A stretch of 64,000 nucleotides of DNA from an uncultured delta proteobacterium (GTDB lineage: Bacteria > Myxococcota_A > Polyangia > Polyangiales > B10-G4), in assembly GCA_963727445.1 (NCBI GenBank), contig CAVSGI010000008.1, positions 160,001 through 224,000 of the forward strand. Direction: 5' to 3'. Of this stretch, positions 54,497-64,000 are shown piece by piece. A program made the translations under genes and the position numbers. Position 1 is the first letter of the stretch. Each line of letters opens with the position of its first letter. The notes beneath the pieces were generated by a model, which was given only the letters and a program-made list of their open reading frames with translations, did no database searches and was not told the origin of the DNA.

Positions 54497-55294
54497 ATGA
54501 CTCGCTTGATCTCGATTCTTCTTCTCGTCTCCGCATCCCACTTCGCCCTCGCCTGCACCGAGGACGACGGCGGCCCCTACCTGTCGGACACCGGCACGAC
54601 CGGCGACACCGGCACGAGCATGGACACCGGCACGGGCATGGACACCGGCACGACCGGCGACACCGGCACGACCGGCGACACCGGCACGACCGGCGACACC
54701 GGCACCGCTGCAGACAGCAGCGTCATGTACCCGGACAGCGGCATGGGCGACCCGGAGTGGGTCGACCTCACCCTCGGGCCGACCGGCACGTGCACGACCT
54801 TCACGCCCTGCGGCGGCGACATCGTGGGCAGCTGGGACCTGACGGGCGGGTGCTTCGAGGACGACCTCGACTCGACGATCAGCGCCTGCCCCGGCGCGAT
54901 GGTCACGAGCCGCACCGGCCGCGGCCGCGGGCGCGTCGTCTTCCCGGCGACCGGCCCGGCGCATCGCGTCGCCGAGAGCGAGATCGAGTACCAGCTCTAT
55001 TATCCGTCGGGCTGCGCCGCCATCTACAGCTGCGCCATGCTCGAGGCGGCGATCGCGCCCTACGTCGACACCGTCTCGTGCCCCGTCGAAGCCAGCGGCG
55101 ACTGCACATGCACCGCGAACCTGCGGACGGTCATCGACCAGCGCGACACCTACACCACCGACATGAATCAGATCGTCGGCACCACCAGCGGCAAGCGCTG
55201 GGACTACTGCGTCGACGGCGACACGCTCACCTACAAAGACACCGACACCAGCGCCGCCGGCGAGCCGGGCATCATCGAGCTCGGCCGGAACTGA
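54497..55294 (+). CDS. Cys-containing lipoprotein with DTGTTG repeats
   Basis: ALAC lipobox; 18-bp tandem GACACCGGCACGACCGGC at ~54587-54706; PCGGDIVGSW, DYCVDGDTL. Confidence 0.8.
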   Translation: MTRLISILLLVSASHFALACTEDDGGPYLSDTGTTGDTGTSMDTGTGMDTGTTGDTGTTGDTGTTGDTGTAADSSVMYPDSGMGDPEWVDLTLGPTGTCTTFTPCGGDIVGSWDLTGGCFEDDLDSTISACPGAMVTSRTGRGRGRVVFPATGPAHRVAESEIEYQLYYPSGCAAIYSCAMLEAAIAPYVDTVSCPVEASGDCTCTANLRTVIDQRDTYTTDMNQIVGTTSGKRWDYCVDGDTLTYKDTDTSAAGEPGIIELGRN

Positions 55295-55297
55295 GCC

Positions 55298-56023
55298 TCA
55301 TTCTTCGAGCACGACCTCGAAGAGCCACCCTTCTCCATCGGTGCAGACGAAGAGTCGGCCCTCGTCGTCGAAGGTGATGCCCTCCGGGATGTCGCCTTCG
55401 TCGGCGTCGAGGGTGTAGACGCACACGAGCTCGAGCTCTTCTCCTTCGACGGCGAGCTCCGCGATCGCGTTCTCCTTGCCGCTGAGCACCAGCAAGTGAC
55501 CGGAGCGCGGGTGGACCGTCACGTCGTTGAGGTCGTCGAGGGCCTTGCGCGCCGCCTTCGGCAGCCGCAGCGTCGCGCGCTCCTCGAGCGACTCGACATC
55601 GAAGAAGCCGACGCGTCGCGGCTTCGCCTGATGGACCGCCACCAACTCGCCCCGCTCGGGGTGAAAGGCGATCCCTTCCCAGCCCGCGTTCTTCTTCTTG
55701 CCGATGCGGGAGAGCCTGCCGAGCCGGTCTCCCGCGTGGAGCGCGTCGTCCTCGAGCGCGTAGCGCCACACGCTCCCATCGCGCTCCGCCAGCACGAACG
55801 CCGAGCGCCCGCGCGCGCCCACACAGATCCCCTCGAGGTCCGACAGCCCCGCCCCCGCCTCCAGCGCCACCGGGTCCGACGCGATCGCGCAGCGAAAGAT
55901 CCCGGCCTCGTCGTCCACCACCAGGAAGCGCCCCTCGCCGAGCGGTGCCACCGCGCTCGCCTCCTGCACCCCGAGCGCCCAGCGCCCCACGACCCTGGCC
56001 TTACCGCTCTCCCCTTTTCCCAT
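55298..56023 (-). CDS. SdiA-regulated/YjiK-like beta-propeller protein
   Basis: EASAV, DLEGI, GWEGIAF, PEGITFDDEGRLFVCTD. Confidence 0.7.
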   Translation of the reverse strand: MGKGESGKARVVGRWALGVQEASAVAPLGEGRFLVVDDEAGIFRCAIASDPVALEAGAGLSDLEGICVGARGRSAFVLAERDGSVWRYALEDDALHAGDRLGRLSRIGKKKNAGWEGIAFHPERGELVAVHQAKPRRVGFFDVESLEERATLRLPKAARKALDDLNDVTVHPRSGHLLVLSGKENAIAELAVEGEELELVCVYTLDADEGDIPEGITFDDEGRLFVCTDGEGWLFEVVLEE

Positions 56024-56133
56024 CGCGCGATTGTGCCCACCCCGCGCCGAAGCCCACCACCCCCTTGCCGACCCATCCCCGACCGGTTACATAGGCCGCC
56101 CAGCGGAGGCCCCGGCCTCCACACCAACCAATA

Positions 56134-56207
56134 GTCCCCATCGTCTAGCTGGCCCAGGACACCGGCCTTTCACGCCGGCGACGCGGGTTCAAATCCCGCT
56201 GGGGACG
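56134..56207 (+). tRNA. tRNA-Glu(TTC), CCA not encoded
   Basis: GTCCCCA/TGGGGAC acceptor stem, CCGGC-CTTTCAC-GCCGG anticodon arm, GGTTCAAATCC T arm. Confidence 0.95.
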
Positions 56208-56227
56208 CTGTTGCTATCGCAACTCAT

Positions 56228-56271
56228 GCCATGAGAAGCGTTCGTCAAGAGTGGCGGACGCTTCTCATGGC
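56228..56271 (+). terminator. Long hairpin downstream of tRNA-Glu
   Basis: GCCATGAGAAGCGT/ACGCTTCTCATGGC 14-bp perfect stem, extendable to 20 bp with G-U pairs; no U tract. Confidence 0.55.
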
Positions 56272-56374
56272 GCCAGCGTGGCACCCCTCATTGCGGGCAG
56301 TTGCCTGAACCTCACGCCCGCAGCGCCGATCTCAGCCTTTCGAGAAATGCGGGGGGGGGAGTAAGATCGAGTCC

Positions 56375-57667
56375 ATGCGGCATTCGGCCCTCTGTTCATC
56401 CTTGTGCTGTGTCCTGCTCTTGTCCGCTTGCGGCGACGACGGGGGCGGAGGTGACGGAAGCGTAGGCGACGGCGGCATGGACGCCGCGAGCGACGGCGGT
56501 GTGGACGCCGCGGGCGACGGGACGGTCGGCGATGGGGCGACTGACGACGGGACGGTCGGGGCATGCAACGGGCTTGGAGAAATCTGCGCCACCAGCGCCG
56601 AGTGCTGCGGCGGCGCCGCGTGCGAGATGACGCCCGCCGGCCTCGCCTGCGTCGCGGCCGACGTCTGCGCCGCCGCGGGTCAGCCGTGCGCTGTCGCGGC
56701 GGACTGCTGCTCACTCGGCTGCAACGGCGGAACCTGTGGCGACACGGCCTGCGCCGTGGCTGAGGATCCCTGCACCGACGACAGCCACTGCTGCTCGAAT
56801 CGCTGCGAGGGTGGCGCCTGCGTCCTGGCCGGGGAGTGTCGCCCGGCAGGTGAGAGCTGCACGGCGGACGGCGCGTGCTGCGCCGCGCGCTGCGGCGATG
56901 ACGGTCGCTGCCTGGCCGGCGGCCGCTGTCGGGTCGAAGGCGAGATCTGCACCGCGGGTGCCGACTGCTGTAACGGCCAGTGCGACAGCGGTCGCTGCGC
57001 CGTGCTCAGCGAGTGCGACCCGGTGGGCGAGGCCTGCATGGTGTCGGGCGAGTGCTGCTCGCGCGCATGCGCGGACGACGGGACTGGCTTCACCTCGTGC
57101 CAGTTCCTCGGCGGCTGCCGCCCCTACGGCGAGCTCTGCCGCGAGGACTCGGACTGCTGCAACGAGCCGGCAGGCATGATGGTCTGCGAGCTCATCGGCG
57201 ACACCGGCATCGGCCGCTGCGGCAACCCTGGCGGCTGCGCGCCCGCGGGAGAGGTCTGCGCGGTGTCGGGTGATCCGATGGGTTCGAACGAGTGCTGCCC
57301 GGGCATGCCCGACGGCATGGAGCTCTGCCGACCCACCGGCATCGCCGAGGTCTCCCGCTGCCAGGGCGAGGGGGTGCGCGACATGTGCCTCGCCGACGGC
57401 GAGGAGTGCGCGACGCCGGACGAGTGCTGCGGCGGCATCTGCGTGCCCGACTCGATGGGCGTCCTGCGCTGCGGCGCGATGTGCATCGAAGACGGCGGCG
57501 CATGTACTCGGGACGCGGACTGCTGTGGTGGCTACTGCACGGATGGCATCTGCGCGCCGCCGGTGGTGATGTGCCTGCCGCTCGGCGCCGCGTGCACCGA
57601 CAGCTCCGAATGCTGCTCCGGCTACTGTGATCCCGACACGATGGTCTGCTCCACGACGCTGATCTGA
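56375..57667 (+). CDS. Lipoprotein with 11 tandem C-C-CC-C-C modules
   Basis: LLSAC lipobox, DGG linker, repeats such as CAAAGQPCAVAADCCSLGCNGGTC. Confidence 0.85.
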   Translation: MRHSALCSSLCCVLLLSACGDDGGGGDGSVGDGGMDAASDGGVDAAGDGTVGDGATDDGTVGACNGLGEICATSAECCGGAACEMTPAGLACVAADVCAAAGQPCAVAADCCSLGCNGGTCGDTACAVAEDPCTDDSHCCSNRCEGGACVLAGECRPAGESCTADGACCAARCGDDGRCLAGGRCRVEGEICTAGADCCNGQCDSGRCAVLSECDPVGEACMVSGECCSRACADDGTGFTSCQFLGGCRPYGELCREDSDCCNEPAGMMVCELIGDTGIGRCGNPGGCAPAGEVCAVSGDPMGSNECCPGMPDGMELCRPTGIAEVSRCQGEGVRDMCLADGEECATPDECCGGICVPDSMGVLRCGAMCIEDGGACTRDADCCGGYCTDGICAPPVVMCLPLGAACTDSSECCSGYCDPDTMVCSTTLI

Positions 57668-57668
57668 G

Positions 57669-58124
57669 ATGATGAAGCTGCTCGTGTCGACCGTGACGCT
57701 CGTGGCCGCGCTCTTCGCGGGCGGCTGCCACGGATCCGAGTGCGAAGGCGACTGCGAGTGCCGCGGCACCGAGTGTCAATGTCCATCGAGCGGCGACTGC
57801 CTGGTCGATTGCGCGGCCGACTGCGACCTGGCCTGCACCGGGAGCGGCGATTGCGACTTCGTCTGTGGACCCGACTGCGCCGCCTCCTGCCCCGGGAGCG
57901 GCATGTGCCTGCTGGACGTGGGCGCCGCCAGCTCGGTGAGCTGCACCGGCAGCGGCGGCTGCGACGTCGCCTGTCACGGCGACTGCACCGTCGACTGCCC
58001 GGGAAGCGGCGTGTGCGTCGCTCGCTGCGCCGAGGGAGCCGTTTGCACCTTCGACCGCTGCTCGGGCGAGGTGGTGGAGTGCCCGGGCCGGGTCCAGGTG
58101 TGTAACGGTAGCTGCCCGCCGTAG
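57669..58124 (+). CDS. Small Cys-rich lipoprotein (CxGSGxC repeats)
   Basis: AGGC lipobox; ~18-aa periodic CxGSGxCxxxCxxxC. Confidence 0.8.
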   Translation: MMKLLVSTVTLVAALFAGGCHGSECEGDCECRGTECQCPSSGDCLVDCAADCDLACTGSGDCDFVCGPDCAASCPGSGMCLLDVGAASSVSCTGSGGCDVACHGDCTVDCPGSGVCVARCAEGAVCTFDRCSGEVVECPGRVQVCNGSCPP

Positions 58125-58468
58125 CTTGCTCATGCGGGCGACTGACCGGGCGCTACGCCGCGAGCCGAACCGGGAGAGTCCCCACCGCCACGGCGTCCCG
58201 AGATCGCACAGCGGTTCCCCACGCGGCCAGCCAAGGTGGTACACGCCGGCCCGTAAACGTCGAGAGGGTGTTCGCGTCCTCAGGCAACGAGCCGAATCGA
58301 GAACGTCATATCGAGCGGTGACCCTCTGGGGACGCTGTTGCTATCGCAACTCATGCCATGAGAACGGTTGGGTCGCGCGGATGGGGACGTGTCGTTGACT
58401 TTCGTGACTTGCGCTCGCGTCGCGCTCGTTTGTAGCGAGCGCGCGCAACGGCCGTGATAGAAAGAGGC

Positions 58469-59475
58469 ATGCGCACGGTGACCGCGCAGATCGCGCTCCG
58501 TTTCGCGGCCGCCTCGGAAGGGCCCGAGACTCTCGATGCGCTGCTGCGGCCTCTCGGGCTCAGCGCCGACCTGGATACTGCGAAGGCGCTCACCCAGGCC
58601 GTCGCCGCGGACGCCTACTACAATCTGCTCGAACGGGCGGCCGGCCCGGACGATGCGGGCCTGCCATTGCGCTATGGCGCGTCGGTGCGACCGGAGGACT
58701 TCGGCGCCATGGGTCTCGCGCTCAAGACCGCCTTCACCGTCCGCGAGGCCCTCGAGCGGGTCGTCCGCTACATCTCGGTACTCTCCGACACCCTGGAGTA
58801 CCGGCTGCGCGAGGAGGCCAGCCGCACCAGCTTCCACCTGCTCGGGCGAGCCGCCTCCCGTCGCGGGGCGCGGCTCGCGAACGAGGGCGCGCTGGCGGCT
58901 CTGGTCTCCCTCCTTCGGCAGGTGGCCACCGCATCCGTCGACCCGGTGTCCGTGCGCTTCCGTCACCCGGCGCCGAGCACGATCGCGCCCCACCGAGCGC
59001 ACTTCCGATGTTCCGTCCGCTTCGACGCCGACGCCGACGCGATCGACTTCGATGCCGACACCATCGCGCTCGAGACCCGGCTCGGCGACGCCGGGCTCAG
59101 CGCGTTCCTGCTGGCCGAGCTCGAGCAGCTCCGCGATCGGCGGGCCGAGCGCTCCCTCGCGGAGCAGGTGCGCGATGCGATCACCGACGCTCTGTGCGAG
59201 GGAGTGCCCGACCGGCAACGGATCGCGCGCCGGCTCGCCATGAGCGAGCGGACCCTTCACCGGCGGCTCCAGGAAGAGGGGCTCGCCTATCGTGCCTTGG
59301 TCGACCAGGCGCGTCGCTCCACTGCCGAGGCGCTGCTCGTGCTTCCCGATCACACCCTGGCGGAAGTGGCCTTCCTCACCGGCTTCTCGGACCAGAGCGC
59401 CTTCTCCCGCGCCTTCAAGCGCGGTCCGGTCAGACGCCGGGGGCCTTTCGGGACGCCGTGGTCGCCACGTCCTGA
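58469..59475 (+). CDS. AraC family transcriptional regulator (frameshift ~59422)
   Basis: LAMSERTLHRRL, VAFLTGFSDQSAFSRAFKR; expected tail SGQTPGAFR lies in another frame ending at 59475. Confidence 0.9.
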
Positions 59476-59574
59476 CCGCGGCGGTCAACGGACTGGCCGG
59501 CAGGGTCAAGAAGAATCGCCGCGCGCCCTCTAGGGTGGATCGCATCCCGTCGACCCTTTCCTGGAGCAATCCCA

Positions 59575-60251
59575 ATGACCGCTCGTACTTCTCTGCCCCG
59601 TATCGCCCGCTGGACCGGAGCCGCCTATCTCGGCGTGGTCTTCTGCGGCATCTTCGCCGAGTTCTTCGTGCGCCAATCGCTCGTCGTCCCTGGTGACGCG
59701 CTCGCCACCGCGACCGCCATCGCCGAGTCGTCTCGCTACTTCGCGCTGGGCATCGGCGCCGATGTGCTCGACGATCGTGCTCGACGTCGGCGTCGCTCTC
59801 GGTCTCTACCGGCTGCTCTCACCCGTCCATCGCCCGCTGGCGATCGCCGCCACGGCCTTCCGGCTGCTACAGGCGTCGATCCTCGCGGCGAATCTCTCGC
59901 AACCTCACCGAGGCGCTGAGCCGCGCATCCGATCCGGCGCTCGCCTCGCAGGCGCTCGCGGCGGTCGAGACCCACGCCCTCTTCTACGACGTCGGTCTGA
60001 TCCCCTTCGGCCTGGCCTGCCTGACCCTGGGACCCCTGCTTCGTCGCGCCGGTGGACCGCGCTGGATTGCCCTGGCGCTCTCGGCGACCGGGCTGGTCTA
60101 TCTGGTCGGCTCCTTCGGCGCCGTCTTCGCGCCCGCCGTCTCGGCGACTCTCGACCCGCTCTACGCCCTCGCCATCGTCGCCGAGCCCGCGGTCGCCATC
60201 TGGCTGATCGCACGCGCGGGTCGGTGGGCGCAGGTGCCGGCGTACTGCTAG
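59575..60251 (+). CDS. DUF4386-like membrane protein (frameshifts)
   Basis: ARWTGAAYL..GIFAEFFV..LVVPGDALATA, DVGVALGLYRLL.PV, AE.AVAIWLI over several frames. Confidence 0.7.
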
Positions 60252-60415
60252 CAAGACGCGAGGGACTCCGCCGTGCGTGCGGCGGTTGAGGACGCGCTCG
60301 ACCACCTCCTCGGGAAGCTCGTCCACGAGGCTGTGCAGCTCGGCTCTCGTCGGGGTGCTCACTGTCGTGCCGGACACGGAGACATCGCGGGGCGGGACGT
60401 ACTACTGTGGCCACG

Positions 60416-61377
60416 ATGCGCGCGATTGTGAACCGACGATACGGGCCTCCCGACGTGATGCGGCTAGAGGAGGTTGCGGTGCCGACGCCAGCGGAGGGTC
60501 AGGTGCTGATTGAGGTTCGCGCGACCTCGGTGAACGCTTCGGACGTGGAGTTTCTCACCGCCCGGCCTTCCTACATTCGTGGGTTCGGCCTGCTGCGCCC
60601 GAAGTACGAAGTGCTCGGGTCGGACGTCGCGGGGACGGTCGTCGAGGTGGGCGCCGGTGTGAGCGAGTGGCGCGAAGGCGACGAGGTCTTCGGTGACCTG
60701 CTCTACTCCTTCGGCGGCTTCGCGGAGTACTGCGCGGCGCCCGCGTCGGAGCTGACGCGCAAGCCAGGCGGGCTCTCCTTCGAGGAGGCGGCTGCGCTCC
60801 CACAGTCGGCGGTGATCGGAGTGCAGGGGCTTCGAGACCAGGGCGTCACGGAGGGCACCGTGGTGGCGATCAACGGTGCGGGCGGCGGTGCGGGGACGTT
60901 CGCGGTGCAGATTGCGCGCCTCCTCGGGGCGGAGGTCACGGGCGTCGACTCCGCAGCGAAGCTCGACCGGATACGCGAGCTCGGCGCGGACCACGTGATC
61001 GACTACGCCGAGGCGGACTTCACCGCGACGCCGGCACGCTACGACCTGATCCTGGACCTCGTGGCCGCGCACTCCATGCGCGACTACCACCGAGCGCTGC
61101 GCCCGGGCGGGCGCTATCTGATGGTCGGCGGCCACGTCCCCAACCTCCTCGCGGTCAACACCATCGGCCGCCTCCTTCACGCGGCGACCGCACCCTCGAA
61201 TTGTGCGTCGTGACGCCCAACCGAGGGCTGGACTGGGTGCTCGAGCGTGTCGAAGCCGGTGAGATTCGCCCGGTGATCGACCGTTGCTACCCGCTCGAGC
61301 AGACCGCGGACGCCGTGCGCCACGTCGCGGAGGGACGAGCGTGCGGGAAGGTCGTCGTCACCTCCCGCGCTCCCTGA
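60416..61377 (+). CDS. MDR-family NAD(P)-dependent oxidoreductase (frameshift ~61195)
   Basis: MRAIV..RYGPPDV, LGSDVAGTV, INGAGGGAGTFAVQ, LGADHVIDY; tail IRPVIDRCYPL..GKVVV in the shifted frame. Confidence 0.88.
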
Positions 61378-61551
61378 TCCGCCGCTCGACACCCGCTGTG
61401 TTGGCCTTCGTCGCGCGGCCGAGACGCCGCTGTTCCAGCGCACCTCGTTCCGAGCGTCCGCCATGAGGTCGAACGCCGTCGCCGCCCATGACCCAGCCAA
61501 CCTATCGGGGCCCCGGAGGTGGCACATGAGGCAAACACCCCAGGACCGGTC

Positions 61552-61602
61552 GCGCTTGCTTGTCAGGATCGTGGAACCACGTTCGTAGCGCTCGCGGATC
61601 AA
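61552..61602 (-). pseudogene. IS21-family IstB ATPase remnant
   Basis: LIRERYERGSTILTSKR resembles the IstB post-Walker-B motif; only 17 codons. Confidence 0.45.
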
Positions 61603-62438
61603 CGCGCGGGACCGAGGCGGGCTCGCACGAGCGTCCAACGGTGGACGACGGCGCCTCGCTCGCCGCCTCGACGCACTATCACGCGGCCCGGGAGCGCGAA
61701 GCCCTCCACGGCGCGGTAGTCCTCGAACGTCACGCGGGCGACGACGAACGGAGCGATCGGCGCGCCCCGTCGAGTCGAAGCGGCGCACGAGGTGCTGCGC
61801 CCGATCGGTCCGACACGATGTACTGGTCCACGTCCATCTGCGGTGTGTCTGTCCCCCAAGAGGCGAAGATCCGCGCGTGCCCGTCGCGATCGGGGAGCGC
61901 GGCGAGCACGTCTGCGCTCTCCATGGAGAACGCGTACTCGAAGAGGTGGCGCACGGAATCGGCGAGCAGCCCGAGGCCGTCGCGCTCGACTCGGGTGTCG
62001 ATGGCGTGTGTCTCGCCATCGAGCACCATGGTCGCCACGCCATATTCCCGCGGGTCGTAGCGGAGGCGCAGGTGGACCTGCTCGTTCACGTCGCCGAAGG
62101 CGAGGCGCGCTGGAAGGAAGGGGATTTCTCCATCGAGCTCGAGCTCGACCCACTCGCGGTCGAGCCACGCCTCGCGCCCACCGTGCGCGGCCTGGGCCTG
62201 ATGGAGGTGCGCCCGCCCTTCGTCTGCGCTCCCCAGCGGCTCCGCACGGATGTCGCTCAGCAAGAGCGGGGTCTTCAAGACGACCGCACCCAACGCCATG
62301 ACGGCGACAAGGATTGACACGAGGGCGAAACCGATTCTTCCGACCGCGGGCAACCCATGGAGTCCCTCGACGCGTAGCGACGCGCCCGCCCGAGTCGCGG
62401 GGCGCCGGACCCGGCACCGAGGTCTTTTCCGTGAGCAT
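61599..62438 (-). CDS. Hypothetical membrane-anchored protein (frameshifts)
   Basis: TM helix, QAAHGGREAW, and C-terminal FEDYRAVEGFALP spread over two frames. Confidence 0.55.
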   Translation of the reverse strand: MLTEKTSVPGPAPRDSGGRVATRRGTPWVARGRKNRFRPRVNPCRRHGVGCGRLEDPALAERHPCGAAGERRRRAGAPPSGPGRARWARGVARPRVGRARARWRNPLPSSAPRLRRRERAGPPAPPLRPAGIWRGDHGARWRDTRHRHPSRARRPRAARRFRAPPLRVRVLHGERRRARRAPRSRRARADLRLLGDRHTADGRGPVHRVGPIGRSTSCAASTRRGAPIAPFVVARVTFEDYRAVEGFALPGRVIVRRGGERGAVVHRWTLVRARLGPAR

Positions 62439-62511
62439 GATCGGGAACTCCTGGCTTTTCGAACCGATTCGCACCAAAATATCCGAGTACGAGGAGCGGA
62501 GCCAGGGACAA

Positions 62512-63147
62512 GTGCGAGACGGTACAAAAAAGGTCGGTGACCGAAAGCGCGGGCGGCCGCGCTCCTTCGATGAGACCGAAGCGCTCGAACGGATCACGGA
62601 TCTCATTCTGGCGTCGCGGCTTCTCCGCGACGTCGCTGGACGAGATTTCTCGGACCTCGGGGTCCGCCGCCCGAGTCTCTACGCGACGTTCGGCGACAAG
62701 GAGTCGATGTACCTGAAGTCGCTCGACGCCTTCGTTGCTCGAATCCGTCTGGCGCTCGCCGAGCCAAAGAAGCGCGACGGCACGCTGGAACAGACGTTGA
62801 CCGGGATCTTCGACGCCCTGCTCTCCATTTACGAGAGCACCGGTGATGACGCTCCCAGCGCCCGTGGGTGCCTCCTCATCTGCACGGCCGCGTCCGAGGC
62901 GGGCGAGCGTCCGGCGGTGCGCGGCGCGCTAAACGCGCTGCTCGAGGGGATCGATCGACACTTCGCCGCACTGCTCGAGGCTGCGCGGCAACGAGGCGAG
63001 CTGCCCGACGACGTCGATGTCGAGGGGCGCGCAGCGGTCCTGGCGGCCACGGCGCACAGCCTGGCCCTACGCGCTCGCGCGGGCTCAACTCACGCCGCGC
63101 TGAAGCGGATCGCACGTACGGCCATCGCGCTCACGGTGGTCCCCTGA
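62512..63147 (+). CDS. TetR family transcriptional regulator
   Basis: RGRPRSFDETEAL, LGVRRPSLYATFGDKE, RGCLL; the HTH seems locally scrambled by compensating indels. Confidence 0.88.
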   Translation: MRDGTKKVGDRKRGRPRSFDETEALERITDLILASRLLRDVAGRDFSDLGVRRPSLYATFGDKESMYLKSLDAFVARIRLALAEPKKRDGTLEQTLTGIFDALLSIYESTGDDAPSARGCLLICTAASEAGERPAVRGALNALLEGIDRHFAALLEAARQRGELPDDVDVEGRAAVLAATAHSLALRARAGSTHAALKRIARTAIALTVVP

Positions 63148-63267
63148 GCCATGCCTGGGCACAGGCTGAAAGGACGAGCGCTGAGAACCCCCACCGGCGG
63201 CGGCGCGTCCGACGGCACGGTGGCTATCGTGAACATCCTCTCCGCGTCAGCGTCGGCGCCGACTGAG

Positions 63268-63919
63268 CTAGGAGGCCTCCCCGAGGAGCTCGAAGAGCGC
63301 CCGAATGTCCGCCCACTCCGATTCCGTGAGCGTCGTCAGCTCGTTCACCGTAGCGATTCGCGCTTGGCCCTGCTCGAGGTCCGTGACACCGAAGTCGGGA
63401 ACGCGCTTCGTCACGAGCTCGATGTTTCGTAGGAGCATGTTGAGAGCGGACTTCCGGGGCATGGATTGCATCGTGTGGAAGCCGACGAGGAGCGCGCAAG
63501 ACTCGAGGAGGCGTTTGCGCTCGGGGTCCTCGGCCCGCTGCGCTCCACCCTCGATGGCGTCTTCGCAAACGTAGTTGCTGTTCCAGGCCTCCCGAATGAT
63601 CGCGTCGAGGGCGGAGTCCGATCCGGGAAAGAGCCTCAGAGCGACCGCGAATCCCCGAGTGAACCCATCGGCGTCATCCGATTCTCTCGTGAACCAAGCT
63701 CGCCAGGCTGAGGACGACCGCTTCACTGACGCTCACCTCGTACCGGGCCGCAGCCTCGAGGGCGGTCACCGCCAACCGTCCCGCGCTGTCGGCGCTCTCG
63801 AATTCGTCTCGGGCCGCGATGACCGCCTCGATGAACGGCACATCATCCTTCGACAGCGACTCCAAACCTTCGAGGACCAAGTCCCAGTTGCGCGCCTCGA
63901 TGTCCGCTACGTTCCCCAT
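63268..63919 (-). CDS. Hypothetical protein (probably one gene split ~63700)
   Basis: Overlapping ORFs 63674..63919 and 63268..63726, both helical and protein-like; ATG directly follows a TAA. Confidence 0.5.
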
Positions 63920-64000
63920 TTACTCGCCACCTTTCCCGGCCCGGCCAGCTCGGTGCGCTCGAAACCCATGCGCGAAGCTACGGCGCGCCGGCCGCAAGTC

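Larger units (their letters stand above)
56199..58364. mobile_element. Genomic islet bounded by 39-bp direct repeats at the tRNA-Glu 3' end
   Basis: CTGGGGACGCTGTTGCTATCGCAACTCATGCCATGAGAA at 56199-56237 and 58326-58364; no integrase inside. Confidence 0.75.

Noticed and set aside
58175..58255. Decayed second tRNA-Glu before the right repeat
   Set aside because: Short matches (GTCCCCA, CACGCCGGC) have the wrong spacing and no cloverleaf
58381..58403. Degenerate copy of the 27-bp repeat (ATGGGGACGTGTCGTTGACTTTC)
   Set aside because: Only the ends match, with gaps, and there is no inverted partner
63268..64000. Toxin-immunity or defence pair at the window end
   Set aside because: The upstream gene is almost entirely outside the window and no motif was recognised

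Overview
High-GC bacterial window. The gene content points to Myxococcota (Polyangiales-like): a MYXO-CTERM protein, an AgmX/GltG-type protein, Hanks kinases and many Cys-rich lipoproteins. Positions 1-41 kb are mostly core genes (glk, addAB, ggt, thrC, smpB, comF, rlmH, rsfS, proBA, pilD, dnaE-mutH, queA-like). From tRNA-Lys (41.1 kb) and especially tRNA-Glu (56.1 kb) the content is accessory: secreted lipoproteins, bfd-bfr, tandem kinases, regulators and gene debris. Many genes, including essential dnaE, carry single-base frameshifts that are probably assembly errors. The most notable items are: (1) an integrase-less ~2.1-kb islet bounded by 39-bp direct repeats at tRNA-Glu, encoding a lipoprotein with 11 tandem knottin-like modules behind a G9 promoter tract; (2) a 27-bp REP/REPIN-like repeat placed at stop codons; (3) an operon of a Cys-rich lipoprotein, two TlpA redoxins and a DUF6029-like OMP; (4) a bacterioferritin lacking ferroxidase His130; (5) an orphan chryseobasin-like precursor; (6) recurring leaderless-type TAnnnT promoters. 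All family calls are motif recognition by eye; no searches were run.
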